Shown: positions 49,306-57,760 of the stretch, piece by piece
Layout: each line of letters opens with the position of its first letter
Numbering within the stretch: the stretch's first letter is position 1
Sequence record: LR745206.1
DNA: 64,000 bases
Strand: one strand, 5' to 3'
The notes under the pieces: generated by a model
The model's input: only the letters and a program-made list of their open reading frames with translations
What the model was told of the DNA's origin: nothing
Databases searched by the model: none
Translations under genes and position numbers: made by a program

Positions 49306-49545
49306 TTAAAGGATTTTACCGCCTACAATATTAAGGTTTTCATCTACTTCTATTACGATATCGGCATATTCACCGTATTCAAATTTCTTGGATACTACTT
49401 CTGTGTAGAATTTATCAGATACATCATCTTCATCCATATCTGGATATTGGCTTTTGAACTTATCAAATTGTAGTTCATGGATTAGTTCCATCCAACCATC
49501 TGAGTCTTTAATGGAATTAAGAGTTATCTTTGCTGTTTTCATCAT
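49306..49545 (-). CDS. hypothetical protein
   Basis: 79-aa ORF. Confidence 0.6.
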   Translation of the reverse strand: MMKTAKITLNSIKDSDGWMELIHELQFDKFKSQYPDMDEDDVSDKFYTEVVSKKFEYGEYADIVIEVDENLNIVGGKIL

Positions 49546-49546
49546 A

Positions 49547-49578
49547 TAAAGATAAGGAAAATGTGTATAATATACAAA
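49547..49578 (-). promoter_or_regulatory. Bacteroidota-type promoter, TAnnTTTA variant
   Basis: TTTG-N20-TATCTTTA directly before ATG 49545. Confidence 0.55.
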
Positions 49579-49639
49579 AAAATGAGCGGATTATTGTATT
49601 ATATCTAGTATATGTTAATAATATTTAATATATATAAGT

Positions 49640-49921
49640 ATGAAGTATATTAAACCATACAAATTATTTGAAAGTATAGATAATCTATTGATAGCATTAT
49701 GTGATTGTTATGAAGTTGGTGAAAGTGGTTGTAATGAATTGGAAAGATTATTGAAAACAACATCAGGTAAAATAAGTGATAATGATGAATTAGTTGATAA
49801 AATATTTGATATTGTAATAACTAAAAATAAAACAGGTGGTCATAAAGGACCTCTTATGTCTGATCCACATAATAGAGTGGAAGAGATTAGAGATTTTATT
49901 AAAAAAAATGAGACATCTTAA
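49640..49921 (+). CDS. CTS-like N-terminus hypothetical protein
   Basis: MKYIKPYKLFES; TAATATATAT at 49626-49635. Confidence 0.75.
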   Translation: MKYIKPYKLFESIDNLLIALCDCYEVGESGCNELERLLKTTSGKISDNDELVDKIFDIVITKNKTGGHKGPLMSDPHNRVEEIRDFIKKNETS

Positions 49922-49922
49922 C

Positions 49923-50318
49923 TTATCCTTCTTCAAGTATATTAGTTATTAGATCTTCTCTGAATAATGATTTAAGTTCTTGTGCTACATCATCTTCTGT
50001 TCTTAATAACCTTAATAACTTCTTATTGATTTTATTTACTAGTTCTTCATATAAACTATATTCGATTGTCTCATTTTTAACTGGTATATTAAATACATCC
50101 CCATTATTTAAGCATTTATCACTTTTGTATGCTAGTCTAATAGAAGCATCTGGATCAGCATCTTCTCTCATAACAGAATTTAGTATAATAACAACATTGT
50201 TTATAATTACTTCTACTCCCCAAGAATGTACGTGTTTATCACCAGATATTATGTTAAATTTAACATTATCTAATTCAATAGCTTTACGTGTAGCATCTAT
50301 AAGTTCTTGTTTAGTCAT
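49923..50318 (-). CDS. hypothetical protein with tag variant
   Basis: REDLITNILEEG. Confidence 0.65.
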   Translation of the reverse strand: MTKQELIDATRKAIELDNVKFNIISGDKHVHSWGVEVIINNVVIILNSVMREDADPDASIRLAYKSDKCLNNGDVFNIPVKNETIEYSLYEELVNKINKKLLRLLRTEDDVAQELKSLFREDLITNILEEG

Positions 50319-50455
50319 TTACCTTTAAATATGTTATTAATTTTATTCTTTCTAATGAGGTTAACAGTTTTTTTCAAAATTATATAGTCTTCAAATCTCT
50401 TAATTACTTTCATTTCTATCCCACTTCTCAAATCCTTTCTCACATAATTCATCAT
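50315..50455 (-). CDS. 46-aa protein with tag variant (not in ORF track)
   Basis: ends IRKNKINNIFKGK; ATGA-coupled to next gene; start uncertain. Confidence 0.4.
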   Translation of the reverse strand: MMNYVRKDLRSGIEMKVIKRFEDYIILKKTVNLIRKNKINNIFKGK

Positions 50456-50572
50456 AATCGGTGATACCCCCTGGCCATAGTAAGGACCTGGATTACCTCA
50501 GCCAAGAGCTGCACCAATATAAGTCTTCCATGAACTCATACATTTCATCAAATAGTTTATTATACATTTTTA

Positions 50573-50770
50573 TTATTTACTTTTACTTAATCTTTCCTTA
50601 TCGAATATATATGGTTTGAATAGGCTTTTCTTTAGAATCATTTTCACACCGTCTCTTATAATAGTAAATGAACCATCGGTGTTATAATAACAGTGTTTGC
50701 TTACTATAAATATACAACCTGGTCTAATTTCATCCACCTTCATTGTTATTTCTATTGATTCCATATTCAC
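50573..50770 (-). CDS. hypothetical protein
   Basis: 65-aa ORF. Confidence 0.5.
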   Translation of the reverse strand: MNMESIEITMKVDEIRPGCIFIVSKHCYYNTDGSFTIIRDGVKMILKKSLFKPYIFDKERLSKSK

Positions 50771-50779
50771 TTTTCTGTG

Positions 50780-51139
50780 TTATATTAGTCCTTCACTTAT
50801 TAAGTAGTCAAGGACAGCTTTCTTTTTATCTATAAGTTTTTGTTGTGTATTGATAGCCTCTTCTACTCTTTCTTTATTATCAGAAAAATCTTTCATACTT
50901 ATTAGTATATCCATTGGGAACATGAATATCAATTTCTCAATTAGTTCATCTTCTTTATATTCTCCGGTAATTCGGTTTATTTTGAAGGATGGATGTGATA
51001 TTGGGCTTGACCAGAAGTAGTATTGTGGTTCTGTGTCGTTATATGGTGAGTCTTTATATTGAGCAGGGTTATAATGGTCGAATTTTACATCCACTATTTC
51101 GCATATCTTATCTGCTTGTATATTAGTTAATTCAATCAT
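50780..51139 (-). CDS. hypothetical protein
   Basis: 119-aa ORF; TATATTTG at 51147-51154 upstream. Confidence 0.65.
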   Translation of the reverse strand: MIELTNIQADKICEIVDVKFDHYNPAQYKDSPYNDTEPQYYFWSSPISHPSFKINRITGEYKEDELIEKLIFMFPMDILISMKDFSDNKERVEEAINTQQKLIDKKKAVLDYLISEGLI

Positions 51140-51166
51140 ATTCTTACAAATATACGGAATATAGTT

Positions 51167-51418
51167 TTATTTTCCTATATAATCATTAAGTAATCTATCT
51201 TTATCTATTACTATATCAGTCTTAACATTAAGATATGATAGTACACTAATTTGTATAGCTTTATTTAATTTCTTATCAATACTTTCTTCGGTATCTAATT
51301 CATCAATAACAATATAACCATGAGCATTAATACTATCTATGTGGTACATAATACTTCTATCAAGATATTCTATTGTATATTTAACTGGGAATTTTACATC
51401 TACTTCTTTTTCTTTCAT
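51167..51418 (-). CDS. hypothetical protein
   Basis: 83-aa ORF; TAATATATAT at 51422-51431. Confidence 0.6.
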   Translation of the reverse strand: MKEKEVDVKFPVKYTIEYLDRSIMYHIDSINAHGYIVIDELDTEESIDKKLNKAIQISVLSYLNVKTDIVIDKDRLLNDYIGK

Positions 51419-51498
51419 ATTATATATATTATATAAGCAGGTTGGAGTCTAATCTCCTATCATCTTGTGAATGCCAGCCCTTGTGTTCTTTCTTACTA

Positions 51499-51530
51499 TA
51501 AAGATAAGGAATTAATATGAATCTACCAAA
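51499..51530 (-). promoter_or_regulatory. Bacteroidota-type promoter, TAnnTTTA variant
   Basis: TTTG-N20-TATCTTTA. Confidence 0.5.
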
Positions 51531-51544
51531 TAAATATATACTTT

Positions 51545-52156
51545 ATGAAATACATAAATTCATATAAGATATTTGAAGCAGGATCAAAAGAACCAAAGGT
51601 TACTATATTAACAACAATAGATGTTGATGATTTAATTGGTGGTGTTGGTACTGATGTTGATAATCTATATTCAGGTATAATAACAAGTATTAAAGACTTT
51701 TTCAAAAAGTATAAAGATACTGATGTTGATACTGATGAGGATAAAAAGATATGGCAGTATCTTGTTCAAAAACCTGGTTTAACTAAGGCTAAAAAAGCTA
51801 CAAGTGATTGGGTATTATCTACATTAGATAAAGATATCTCAAGAATGAAATCTGATATTATTGATATAGATACCTTTTTATCATTAGATAGTGAGTTAGA
51901 CTCTATTAAAGAAGGTGATGAGGTATTAATGTTAACAACACATTCAGATGATAGAATTAAGAATTTCCCTGTTATAATAACATTTATTGTTGAGAAAATA
52001 GAATTAACTGGTATGGGTTGGTTAGGATTAGGTGCTAGTAACTCATTTTGTCCACAAATTGGTAAGAGTTGGGGTATGATTGATATAACATGGAGTCAAA
52101 AGATTGTTACTAAAGATACTTATAATAGTTTTGCTGACCCAGATAAACATCTTTAA
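51545..52156 (+). CDS. CTS-like N-terminus hypothetical protein
   Basis: MKYINSYKIFEA; AAATATATAC at 51532-51541. Confidence 0.75.
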   Translation: MKYINSYKIFEAGSKEPKVTILTTIDVDDLIGGVGTDVDNLYSGIITSIKDFFKKYKDTDVDTDEDKKIWQYLVQKPGLTKAKKATSDWVLSTLDKDISRMKSDIIDIDTFLSLDSELDSIKEGDEVLMLTTHSDDRIKNFPVIITFIVEKIELTGMGWLGLGASNSFCPQIGKSWGMIDITWSQKIVTKDTYNSFADPDKHL

Positions 52157-52160
52157 ATAG

Positions 52161-52736
52161 TTAAAATATTAAAAGTATTAACTTTCTAACATCACCCATT
52201 GATTTTATTCTTTCAATTAAATCATCATCAGTTTCGGTTAATGTATAATTACTATCACTGCTTTTATTACCAAGTAAAGAAACCTTTGTGTGGTTAACAG
52301 TAGTTCTGGATGAATATATTCTTGGTAAAGGTATGATATGTTCAACTTCAATACCTCTTATGGATAAACCTTTTTCTTTCAAATAATCACTGACAAATCT
52401 AAGATGCTCATAAACATCAATAATACTAAATGTTTGGAATGATGTTGATGGTTTCTTTTTAAGTAATCTAACATCTGTTTTTATACTAACTATAAACTTC
52501 TTACCACCCAAATCAACATCATCAGTTGAAAATAGTTGAAATATATCAAGCCTGTTTGGATGATTATTTAATACATCTCTACTACAATAATTACTCAAAT
52601 GACCCAACATTGTTCTGGTGACAACACTATTAACACGTACATCATATTTAACCTCATCGGATATATCAGCAAAAAGATATTTAATATCAAGCGTATTCAT
52701 AGATTCAAATAACTTATATGGTCTTAGGTATATCAT
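52161..52736 (-). CDS. CTS-like N-terminus, DIFxELxDDG family
   Basis: MIYLRPYKLFES; TAATATATAT at 52740-52749. Confidence 0.75.
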   Translation of the reverse strand: MIYLRPYKLFESMNTLDIKYLFADISDEVKYDVRVNSVVTRTMLGHLSNYCSRDVLNNHPNRLDIFQLFSTDDVDLGGKKFIVSIKTDVRLLKKKPSTSFQTFSIIDVYEHLRFVSDYLKEKGLSIRGIEVEHIIPLPRIYSSRTTVNHTKVSLLGNKSSDSNYTLTETDDDLIERIKSMGDVRKLILLIF

Positions 52737-52799
52737 ATGATATATATTAATTATGAAGTATTAATTTAAAACTTTACTGTATATAACCCTATAAACTAT

Positions 52800-53090
52800 A
52801 TGAGAGAAACAATTAAATTAACAAGAGAAGTATTATCCGGATTAGCAAGTTTATGTGTCGGGTCAGAAATTGAACACGAAGGTATCAAATATAAAGTTAA
52901 GAAGAGTGATGTTAGTGATTTGAATCCTTCTAAACATATCATAGTTTTCAAGAGACAAACTGATGGTAAGTATTTTAAGTTCCCTTGTTTAATAGAAGGA
53001 CCTTATACGGGCGTTAATGATGATTATAATTACAGTACTGATTTCCCTAACACAGCAACAGAGGTATTCCCAAGGATTACATTTGATTAA
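52800..53090 (+). CDS. hypothetical protein
   Basis: 96-aa ORF. Confidence 0.65.
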   Translation: MRETIKLTREVLSGLASLCVGSEIEHEGIKYKVKKSDVSDLNPSKHIIVFKRQTDGKYFKFPCLIEGPYTGVNDDYNYSTDFPNTATEVFPRITFD

Positions 53091-53093
53091 ACT

Positions 53094-53318
53094 ATGAGTA
53101 GGTTTACTTGTACATATTGTGGGACAGATCCTCATGACGAACAGGAAAAACCTGGTATGTGGGGTTATAAGTACACTTTTAAATGTGGTGGATTCTTAGA
53201 TGTAAGTTATAGTGAGGATCATGGTGGTGACTCTGAGGACTTCTATAATATAGATAACTGTGAGTCTTATAAGTTATCTTTATTACGTTCTAATAAGATA
53301 GATAGTTTATTACATTAA
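53094..53318 (+). CDS. Cys-containing small protein with tag
   Basis: CTYC...C...C; ends RSNKIDSLLH. Confidence 0.65.
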   Translation: MSRFTCTYCGTDPHDEQEKPGMWGYKYTFKCGGFLDVSYSEDHGGDSEDFYNIDNCESYKLSLLRSNKIDSLLH

Positions 53319-53539
53319 ATTGGTTCTTCTCTTGATGGATAATATTTAACAATTATACCATCACCATCAATAAACCCATTTTCTATTTCAATAGTTTCAT
53401 CACGAGAATCTACTCTATCTTTGAACGATGTTGCCTCTTCGATAGTATCAAAATCCTCATGATTGGTATAGTAATGATTATCAGCAGCGCCGGTATTATA
53501 CCAATAGCATTTAAAATTAACTCTATATTTCATTTTCAT
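53315..53539 (-). CDS. hypothetical protein
   Basis: 74-aa ORF. Confidence 0.6.
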   Translation of the reverse strand: MKMKYRVNFKCYWYNTGAADNHYYTNHEDFDTIEEATSFKDRVDSRDETIEIENGFIDGDGIIVKYYPSREEPI

Positions 53540-53911
53540 TTATTTTAATATCATATTTAACTTAGCTTCTCTTGTATGCTCTTTTTCATTATTACATAAG
53601 TCTCTAGCTTCTTCATGCATATCTTCCAAGAACTTTAATAACTCTTTGTGTTTAATTATCTTGAGATTACTATCAATGAATCCTAAAGTTCTTATTGAAC
53701 GTACTAATGGTAGATAACCCGCTGAGTTTTCTAATATACCATAACTTGAATCATCAAAGAATAAATAATCATTATTAATATCTTCCTTTAATGTTTTTAT
53801 AGCTTCATAGTTATCATTTAAGAAGAAATCAATTATATTGAGTATAGGTGTGTAATTACCATCAGGTAACTCATACTCTACTACTAATTCATATCTTCCT
53901 TTTAACTTCAT
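53540..53911 (-). CDS. hypothetical protein with C-terminal tag
   Basis: REAKLNMILK. Confidence 0.65.
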   Translation of the reverse strand: MKLKGRYELVVEYELPDGNYTPILNIIDFFLNDNYEAIKTLKEDINNDYLFFDDSSYGILENSAGYLPLVRSIRTLGFIDSNLKIIKHKELLKFLEDMHEEARDLCNNEKEHTREAKLNMILK

Positions 53912-53946
53912 TTATCCTTTAACATTACTTTTATTAAACTCACCTT

Positions 53947-54318
53947 TTATTTAATTATTTGATTCAATTTACAATCTCTCTCAAGACTCTTTATACTACT
54001 CTCGAATGTAACATCAAACATATTATCTAATTCCTTAGCATTTGGTATTGAATCATTATTCTTATAGTTGGAGATACTACTCCATGATTGTCCAGTATAT
54101 CCTTCTGGTATAGTGTTATTTATGAACTGTTCAGCAGTTATATTAATAGAATTACTTGAGTTGTCCTTATGATACATTTGTAATAAAGACCAACTACCTT
54201 CTAACCAATCTCTCCATGAACAAGATCTAATGAATATTCTATTATTAAGTGATACAAAGTATGTGGTTGAGTGTGGTCTACCCTCAAAGTAACTAGACTG
54301 TCCTTTTATTATTTCCAT
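53947..54318 (-). CDS. hypothetical protein with C-terminal tag
   Basis: RDCKLNQIIK. Confidence 0.65.
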   Translation of the reverse strand: MEIIKGQSSYFEGRPHSTTYFVSLNNRIFIRSCSWRDWLEGSWSLLQMYHKDNSSNSINITAEQFINNTIPEGYTGQSWSSISNYKNNDSIPNAKELDNMFDVTFESSIKSLERDCKLNQIIK

Positions 54319-54656
54319 TAGATATAGCTTTGTGATGTTACAATATGTTCTACTGTGAATGGTGTTGCAGTCCTTTTATAACAATCGTGTAATATATTGA
54401 TTAAGAAGTAACCACATTCATCATATATCTCTCCACGGTTTGCACCGAATGTACTTCCGAATCCTTGTTGTGTAGAGTGTTTGAATTCTTTACTACCTTG
54501 TGGGTTATTGATAACGAACTCAATTAATTCCTTACAATGTTTAATATCACGAGGATCATATTGATAGCTAGTAAATGTATCTAGTTTATCTAGGTCGTCA
54601 ATGAAGCAATAGGTGCCTCCATCTGGACTTGAGTTTTGAAATAGTATATTTTTCAT
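54318..54656 (-). CDS. hypothetical protein
   Basis: 112-aa ORF. Confidence 0.6.
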   Translation of the reverse strand: MKNILFQNSSPDGGTYCFIDDLDKLDTFTSYQYDPRDIKHCKELIEFVINNPQGSKEFKHSTQQGFGSTFGANRGEIYDECGYFLINILHDCYKRTATPFTVEHIVTSQSYI

Positions 54657-54946
54657 TTAATTACCTCATCAATTTTAGAATCTCTTATATCTGATATAAA
54701 ATATTCTTTTATAATTTTATTACTTCGTGTATGTTTCTCAAGGTATACTTTTAGATTTTGTGTATCTCCCTCCCAATAATCCTCATCTTCATCATATCCA
54801 TAAGGTGTAACTGTATGATCTTCTAATGGTTCATACTTTAACATTTCCTCATATCTACCCTTACACATTACGTTCTGTCGATAGTTACCTACTTGTTTAC
54901 CATCCTTTTCAATTCTGTATTCTACTACGTTTGCACTTGTACTCAT
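54653..54946 (-). CDS. hypothetical protein with C-terminal tag
   Basis: RDSKIDEVIK. Confidence 0.65.
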   Translation of the reverse strand: MSTSANVVEYRIEKDGKQVGNYRQNVMCKGRYEEMLKYEPLEDHTVTPYGYDEDEDYWEGDTQNLKVYLEKHTRSNKIIKEYFISDIRDSKIDEVIK

Positions 54947-54951
54947 AGTTA

Positions 54952-54983
54952 CAAAGATAATGAATATAGATGATATTTACAAA
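54952..54983 (-). promoter_or_regulatory. Bacteroidota sigma70-type promoter
   Basis: TTTG-N20-TATCTTTG, 5 nt before ATG 54946. Confidence 0.7.
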
Positions 54984-55029
54984 CAATAGTATTTCATAAT
55001 TTAATATATAATATAAAATATTTACTTAA

Positions 55030-55473
55030 ATGGCTAATAAAATAATATTAAAGGATAATGGTATAAATAATGCTGGTGATTCACCTAGTGGATATAAATA
55101 CCTTGGGTTTGATGGAGAATCTTTTTCTGAAAAATCAGGAGCAACAGTAAGTGCTATTGGTGGATCTACAGTAAGAAGATTAATAATTCGTGGGTTTAGT
55201 GGTGATGGAATACCTGGATTAGCAATCATTGAAAATACTTTAGTTGCCACTGGTGGTGGAGCTGTCACTGTTGATTTTACCGGAACAAATGCTACCACAC
55301 TAGTAGCTACACTAAGTGATACTTCTATTACAAGAAATAATACATTTTTCACTTTACATGTAGAAACACAATTAGCTTATAATACAAGTCAAAGTAGTAG
55401 TATATTAAATGGTGTAATAAATATATCTTTTAGTGATGATAGTTATTATAAAGTAATGATAGAACAAATCTAA
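55030..55473 (+). CDS. putative virion fibre/decoration protein (paralogue of 41602-42051)
   Basis: GYKYLGFDGESFSEKSGATVSAIGG; TAATATATAA at 55002-55011. Confidence 0.6.
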   Translation: MANKIILKDNGINNAGDSPSGYKYLGFDGESFSEKSGATVSAIGGSTVRRLIIRGFSGDGIPGLAIIENTLVATGGGAVTVDFTGTNATTLVATLSDTSITRNNTFFTLHVETQLAYNTSQSSSILNGVINISFSDDSYYKVMIEQI

Positions 55474-55476
55474 TTT

Positions 55477-55503
55477 ACAAAAATCTGCACGTAATTCTGT
55501 ATT
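55477..55503. repeat. dispersed 27-bp repeat, copy 2
   Basis: ACAAAAATCTGCACGTAATTCTGTATT. Confidence 0.7.
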
Positions 55504-55533
55504 GTAGTCAACATTTTTATTATATACCATATA

Positions 55534-55821
55534 ATGTATATGACTAAACAAACAATTTATAGAGTATCATTACTTATGTTAAGTACATTCGTATTATGGT
55601 ATATGGTTATATCCTTTATCGAATGGGATATGAGTTGGATTCAACATATAGTAGATGATAAACAAATGAGATATAGTTTCCTTGTTGGATTTATCATAAA
55701 GATATTACTAGACTTTTGGTTATGGTCATATATCAAAGATAAATATTTCCACACATACGTAGATGCTGATAAGAAACTTGAAGAAGAAAATCAAGAGAAA
55801 TTAAGGAAGACTTTTAATTAA
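55534..55821 (+). CDS. two-TM membrane protein
   Basis: two hydrophobic segments, charged C-tail. Confidence 0.65.
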   Translation: MYMTKQTIYRVSLLMLSTFVLWYMVISFIEWDMSWIQHIVDDKQMRYSFLVGFIIKILLDFWLWSYIKDKYFHTYVDADKKLEEENQEKLRKTFN

Positions 55822-56897
55822 GCTCTATAATATCCCACATCACCCATATGTAGATTCTTATATAAGTAATCATATATTCCATTAGCCTCTTCACTAGTCA
55901 TTGTTATATCAAGTGGTCTTATAACAACACTCAATAATACATTCTTCATATTCTCATTCATACCCAATCTCTTACTTACATGTATTGGTAAGTCTGAATA
56001 TAACCACTCACCTTTGATATTTATCTCTTCAATTATATTAGACTCTATAAGTGTTCTTATTCTATCACCTATTTGTTCTATATCAATATCATTGTCAACA
56101 GCAATTGACATATCTCTTATGATTGATGGTTGTGTAGATACCTCAACATAAGGTGATAAATCAGACATCTGCTTTTGTATCCTAGGGTTTTGACTTCTTA
56201 ATATTCTAATATCATTAATACCCTTTCTTAACATAACAGATCTATCTAACCCAATACCCATTGCTAGTCCTGACCAAACATTACTATCTAATCCAGAATC
56301 ATCTAATAACTTTGGTAGTGCTAGTCCACACTCTAATATTTCTAACCAAGTATCATTTACATAAACTTCTACCTCTATACCATCTTTTGTATAGTAGTGT
56401 GATGTTTCATTGTATCTCCATTTAACACCAGGTAATACTACATCAATAACACATTGAACCAAATCTAAAAGGTCTTCTCTATTATAAACTTTATCATTAG
56501 TTATTCTCCATATATCCATTTGATGAGGTTCACCAACATGTGTTTTATCAACAACATCCCTTCTATAAACAATACCAGGACATATCAATAATGTATCTTT
56601 ATTTACAGACTTCAATGCTGGTGGTATAGATGATGTCATTTGTGTTCTAAGTAATGTTGTATCGTTTATCCATCTGGTATACCTTGATGATTTTGTAATG
56701 GTATCTTGTGGGTAATAAAGATTATCATAGTTATTTTTAGAATCAACTATGGGTGAATCCTTAATGATACTTGGTTGTATAGTATATTTACTTTGTAATG
56801 ATTTAATGATTTCATCGGTTATAATACCAATTGCATGATTCTTATCTAATGTTAAGTCAACTACTTGTAATGATTTATTTAATTCTTCTTTATTCAT
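55818..56897 (-). CDS. single-chain PheRS-like ligase (PheS catalytic domain plus FDX-ACB)
   Basis: LLRTQMT, motif 2 YRRDVVDKTH...HQMD, WLEILECG, motif 3 GLAMGIGLDR, C-terminal PSIIRDMS...TMTSEEAN. Confidence 0.8.
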   Translation of the reverse strand: MNKEELNKSLQVVDLTLDKNHAIGIITDEIIKSLQSKYTIQPSIIKDSPIVDSKNNYDNLYYPQDTITKSSRYTRWINDTTLLRTQMTSSIPPALKSVNKDTLLICPGIVYRRDVVDKTHVGEPHQMDIWRITNDKVYNREDLLDLVQCVIDVVLPGVKWRYNETSHYYTKDGIEVEVYVNDTWLEILECGLALPKLLDDSGLDSNVWSGLAMGIGLDRSVMLRKGINDIRILRSQNPRIQKQMSDLSPYVEVSTQPSIIRDMSIAVDNDIDIEQIGDRIRTLIESNIIEEINIKGEWLYSDLPIHVSKRLGMNENMKNVLLSVVIRPLDITMTSEEANGIYDYLYKNLHMGDVGYYRA

Positions 56898-56920
56898 GAT
56901 TTCAATTTATTAATTTTTTA

Positions 56921-56956
56921 AAACAAAAAACCCTCAGATTTTTAAGTCTGAGGGTT
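56921..56956 (-). terminator. attenuator terminator (3:4 hairpin)
   Basis: AACCCTCAGA-CTTAAAAA-TCTGAGGGTT followed by TTTTGTTT, upstream of the PheRS-like ATG. Confidence 0.85.
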
Positions 56957-56979
56957 CAAAATATATAGCAATATCTTTC

Positions 56980-57030
56980 TCAGACCATTTTGTGGCTAAA
57001 AAAGAAATTAAATGTAGTATTCGTGTTCAT
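56980..57030 (-). CDS. Phe-rich leader peptide MNTNTTFNFFFSHKMV
   Basis: 4 Phe codons in a 5-codon stretch; GTCTGAG at its stop is complementary to the terminator arm CTCAGAC. Confidence 0.75.
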   Translation of the reverse strand: MNTNTTFNFFFSHKMV

Positions 57031-57063
57031 ATTAATTATATATAAATTTTACTCTTTGTTATA

Positions 57064-57071
57064 TAAAGATA
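57064..57071 (-). promoter_or_regulatory. -7 element variant driving the leader
   Basis: TATCTTTA 33 nt upstream of leader ATG; TTAG 20 nt further upstream. Confidence 0.45.
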
Positions 57072-57221
57072 AGGAATATATGTGACTTATCCTAAATTAG
57101 ATTGAATATATTATATCCTTCTTCACTATTACCTTGTACGATATAAGCATCTTCACCATCTTTCACATACTCAGTAAACATATTACCACCGGTAAATGAA
57201 ACCATTCTAACCTCTTTCACA

Positions 57222-57311
57222 TTATTTCTTTAGTTCTTTAATAACTTTCTTTGCTACTTTTCTTATGACAAGTAGTTTAACTGCTTTAAGTATAGTTTTC
57301 TTATATCCCAT
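57222..57311 (-). CDS. 29-aa basic amphipathic peptide (not in ORF track)
   Basis: MGYKKTILKAVKLLVIRKVAKKVIKELKK directly behind a consensus promoter. Confidence 0.45.
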   Translation of the reverse strand: MGYKKTILKAVKLLVIRKVAKKVIKELKK

Positions 57312-57329
57312 TTATTATTGGTTTAATCA

Positions 57330-57361
57330 CAAAGATAAGGATAATTGATATATGATACAAA
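57330..57361 (-). promoter_or_regulatory. Bacteroidota sigma70-type promoter
   Basis: TTTG-N20-TATCTTTG. Confidence 0.7.
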
Positions 57362-57383
57362 AATCCGTACATAATTCTGTATT
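57357..57383. repeat. dispersed 27-bp repeat, copy 3
   Basis: ACAAAAATCCGTACATAATTCTGTATT; contains the -33 TTTG. Confidence 0.7.
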
Positions 57384-57699
57384 AGAATTTAGATTCGAAT
57401 AATTCATATGCTCGTAGGAAATCATCTTGTTTAATGAATACATTTATCATATAGCTTTCGAATTCAATATCATATCTATTATTCATATCACCACCTACCT
57501 CAACAATAATATTTTCATAATCAAAGATAGCTTTATTATTATCTAGGTCAATGGTAAAGTTATTCAAAAGGAATCCTATGTGTTTTGATTTTTCTAAATC
57601 ATCTATGTGTATAACATCATCATATTCACCACACATGATATCATCTATGTTTCTTCTTAATGTTATATAAGTATTGAATGCAGATCTCTTTATATTCAT
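57382..57699 (-). CDS. hypothetical protein
   Basis: 105-aa ORF; TATCTTTA at 57715-57722. Confidence 0.6.
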   Translation of the reverse strand: MNIKRSAFNTYITLRRNIDDIMCGEYDDVIHIDDLEKSKHIGFLLNNFTIDLDNNKAIFDYENIIVEVGGDMNNRYDIEFESYMINVFIKQDDFLRAYELFESKF

Positions 57700-57760
57700 A
57701 AAAGTATAATTGGTTAAAGATAAGGAATAATTCTATACATTAAAAATAAATATATACATT

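Noticed and set aside
29062-50495. Stop-codon reassignment suggested by in-frame stops at 29062 (TAA) and near 50495-50500 (TAA/TGA)
   Set aside because: TAA, TAG and TGA all terminate long, well-formed genes throughout the window, so the standard code fits; these are local lesions.
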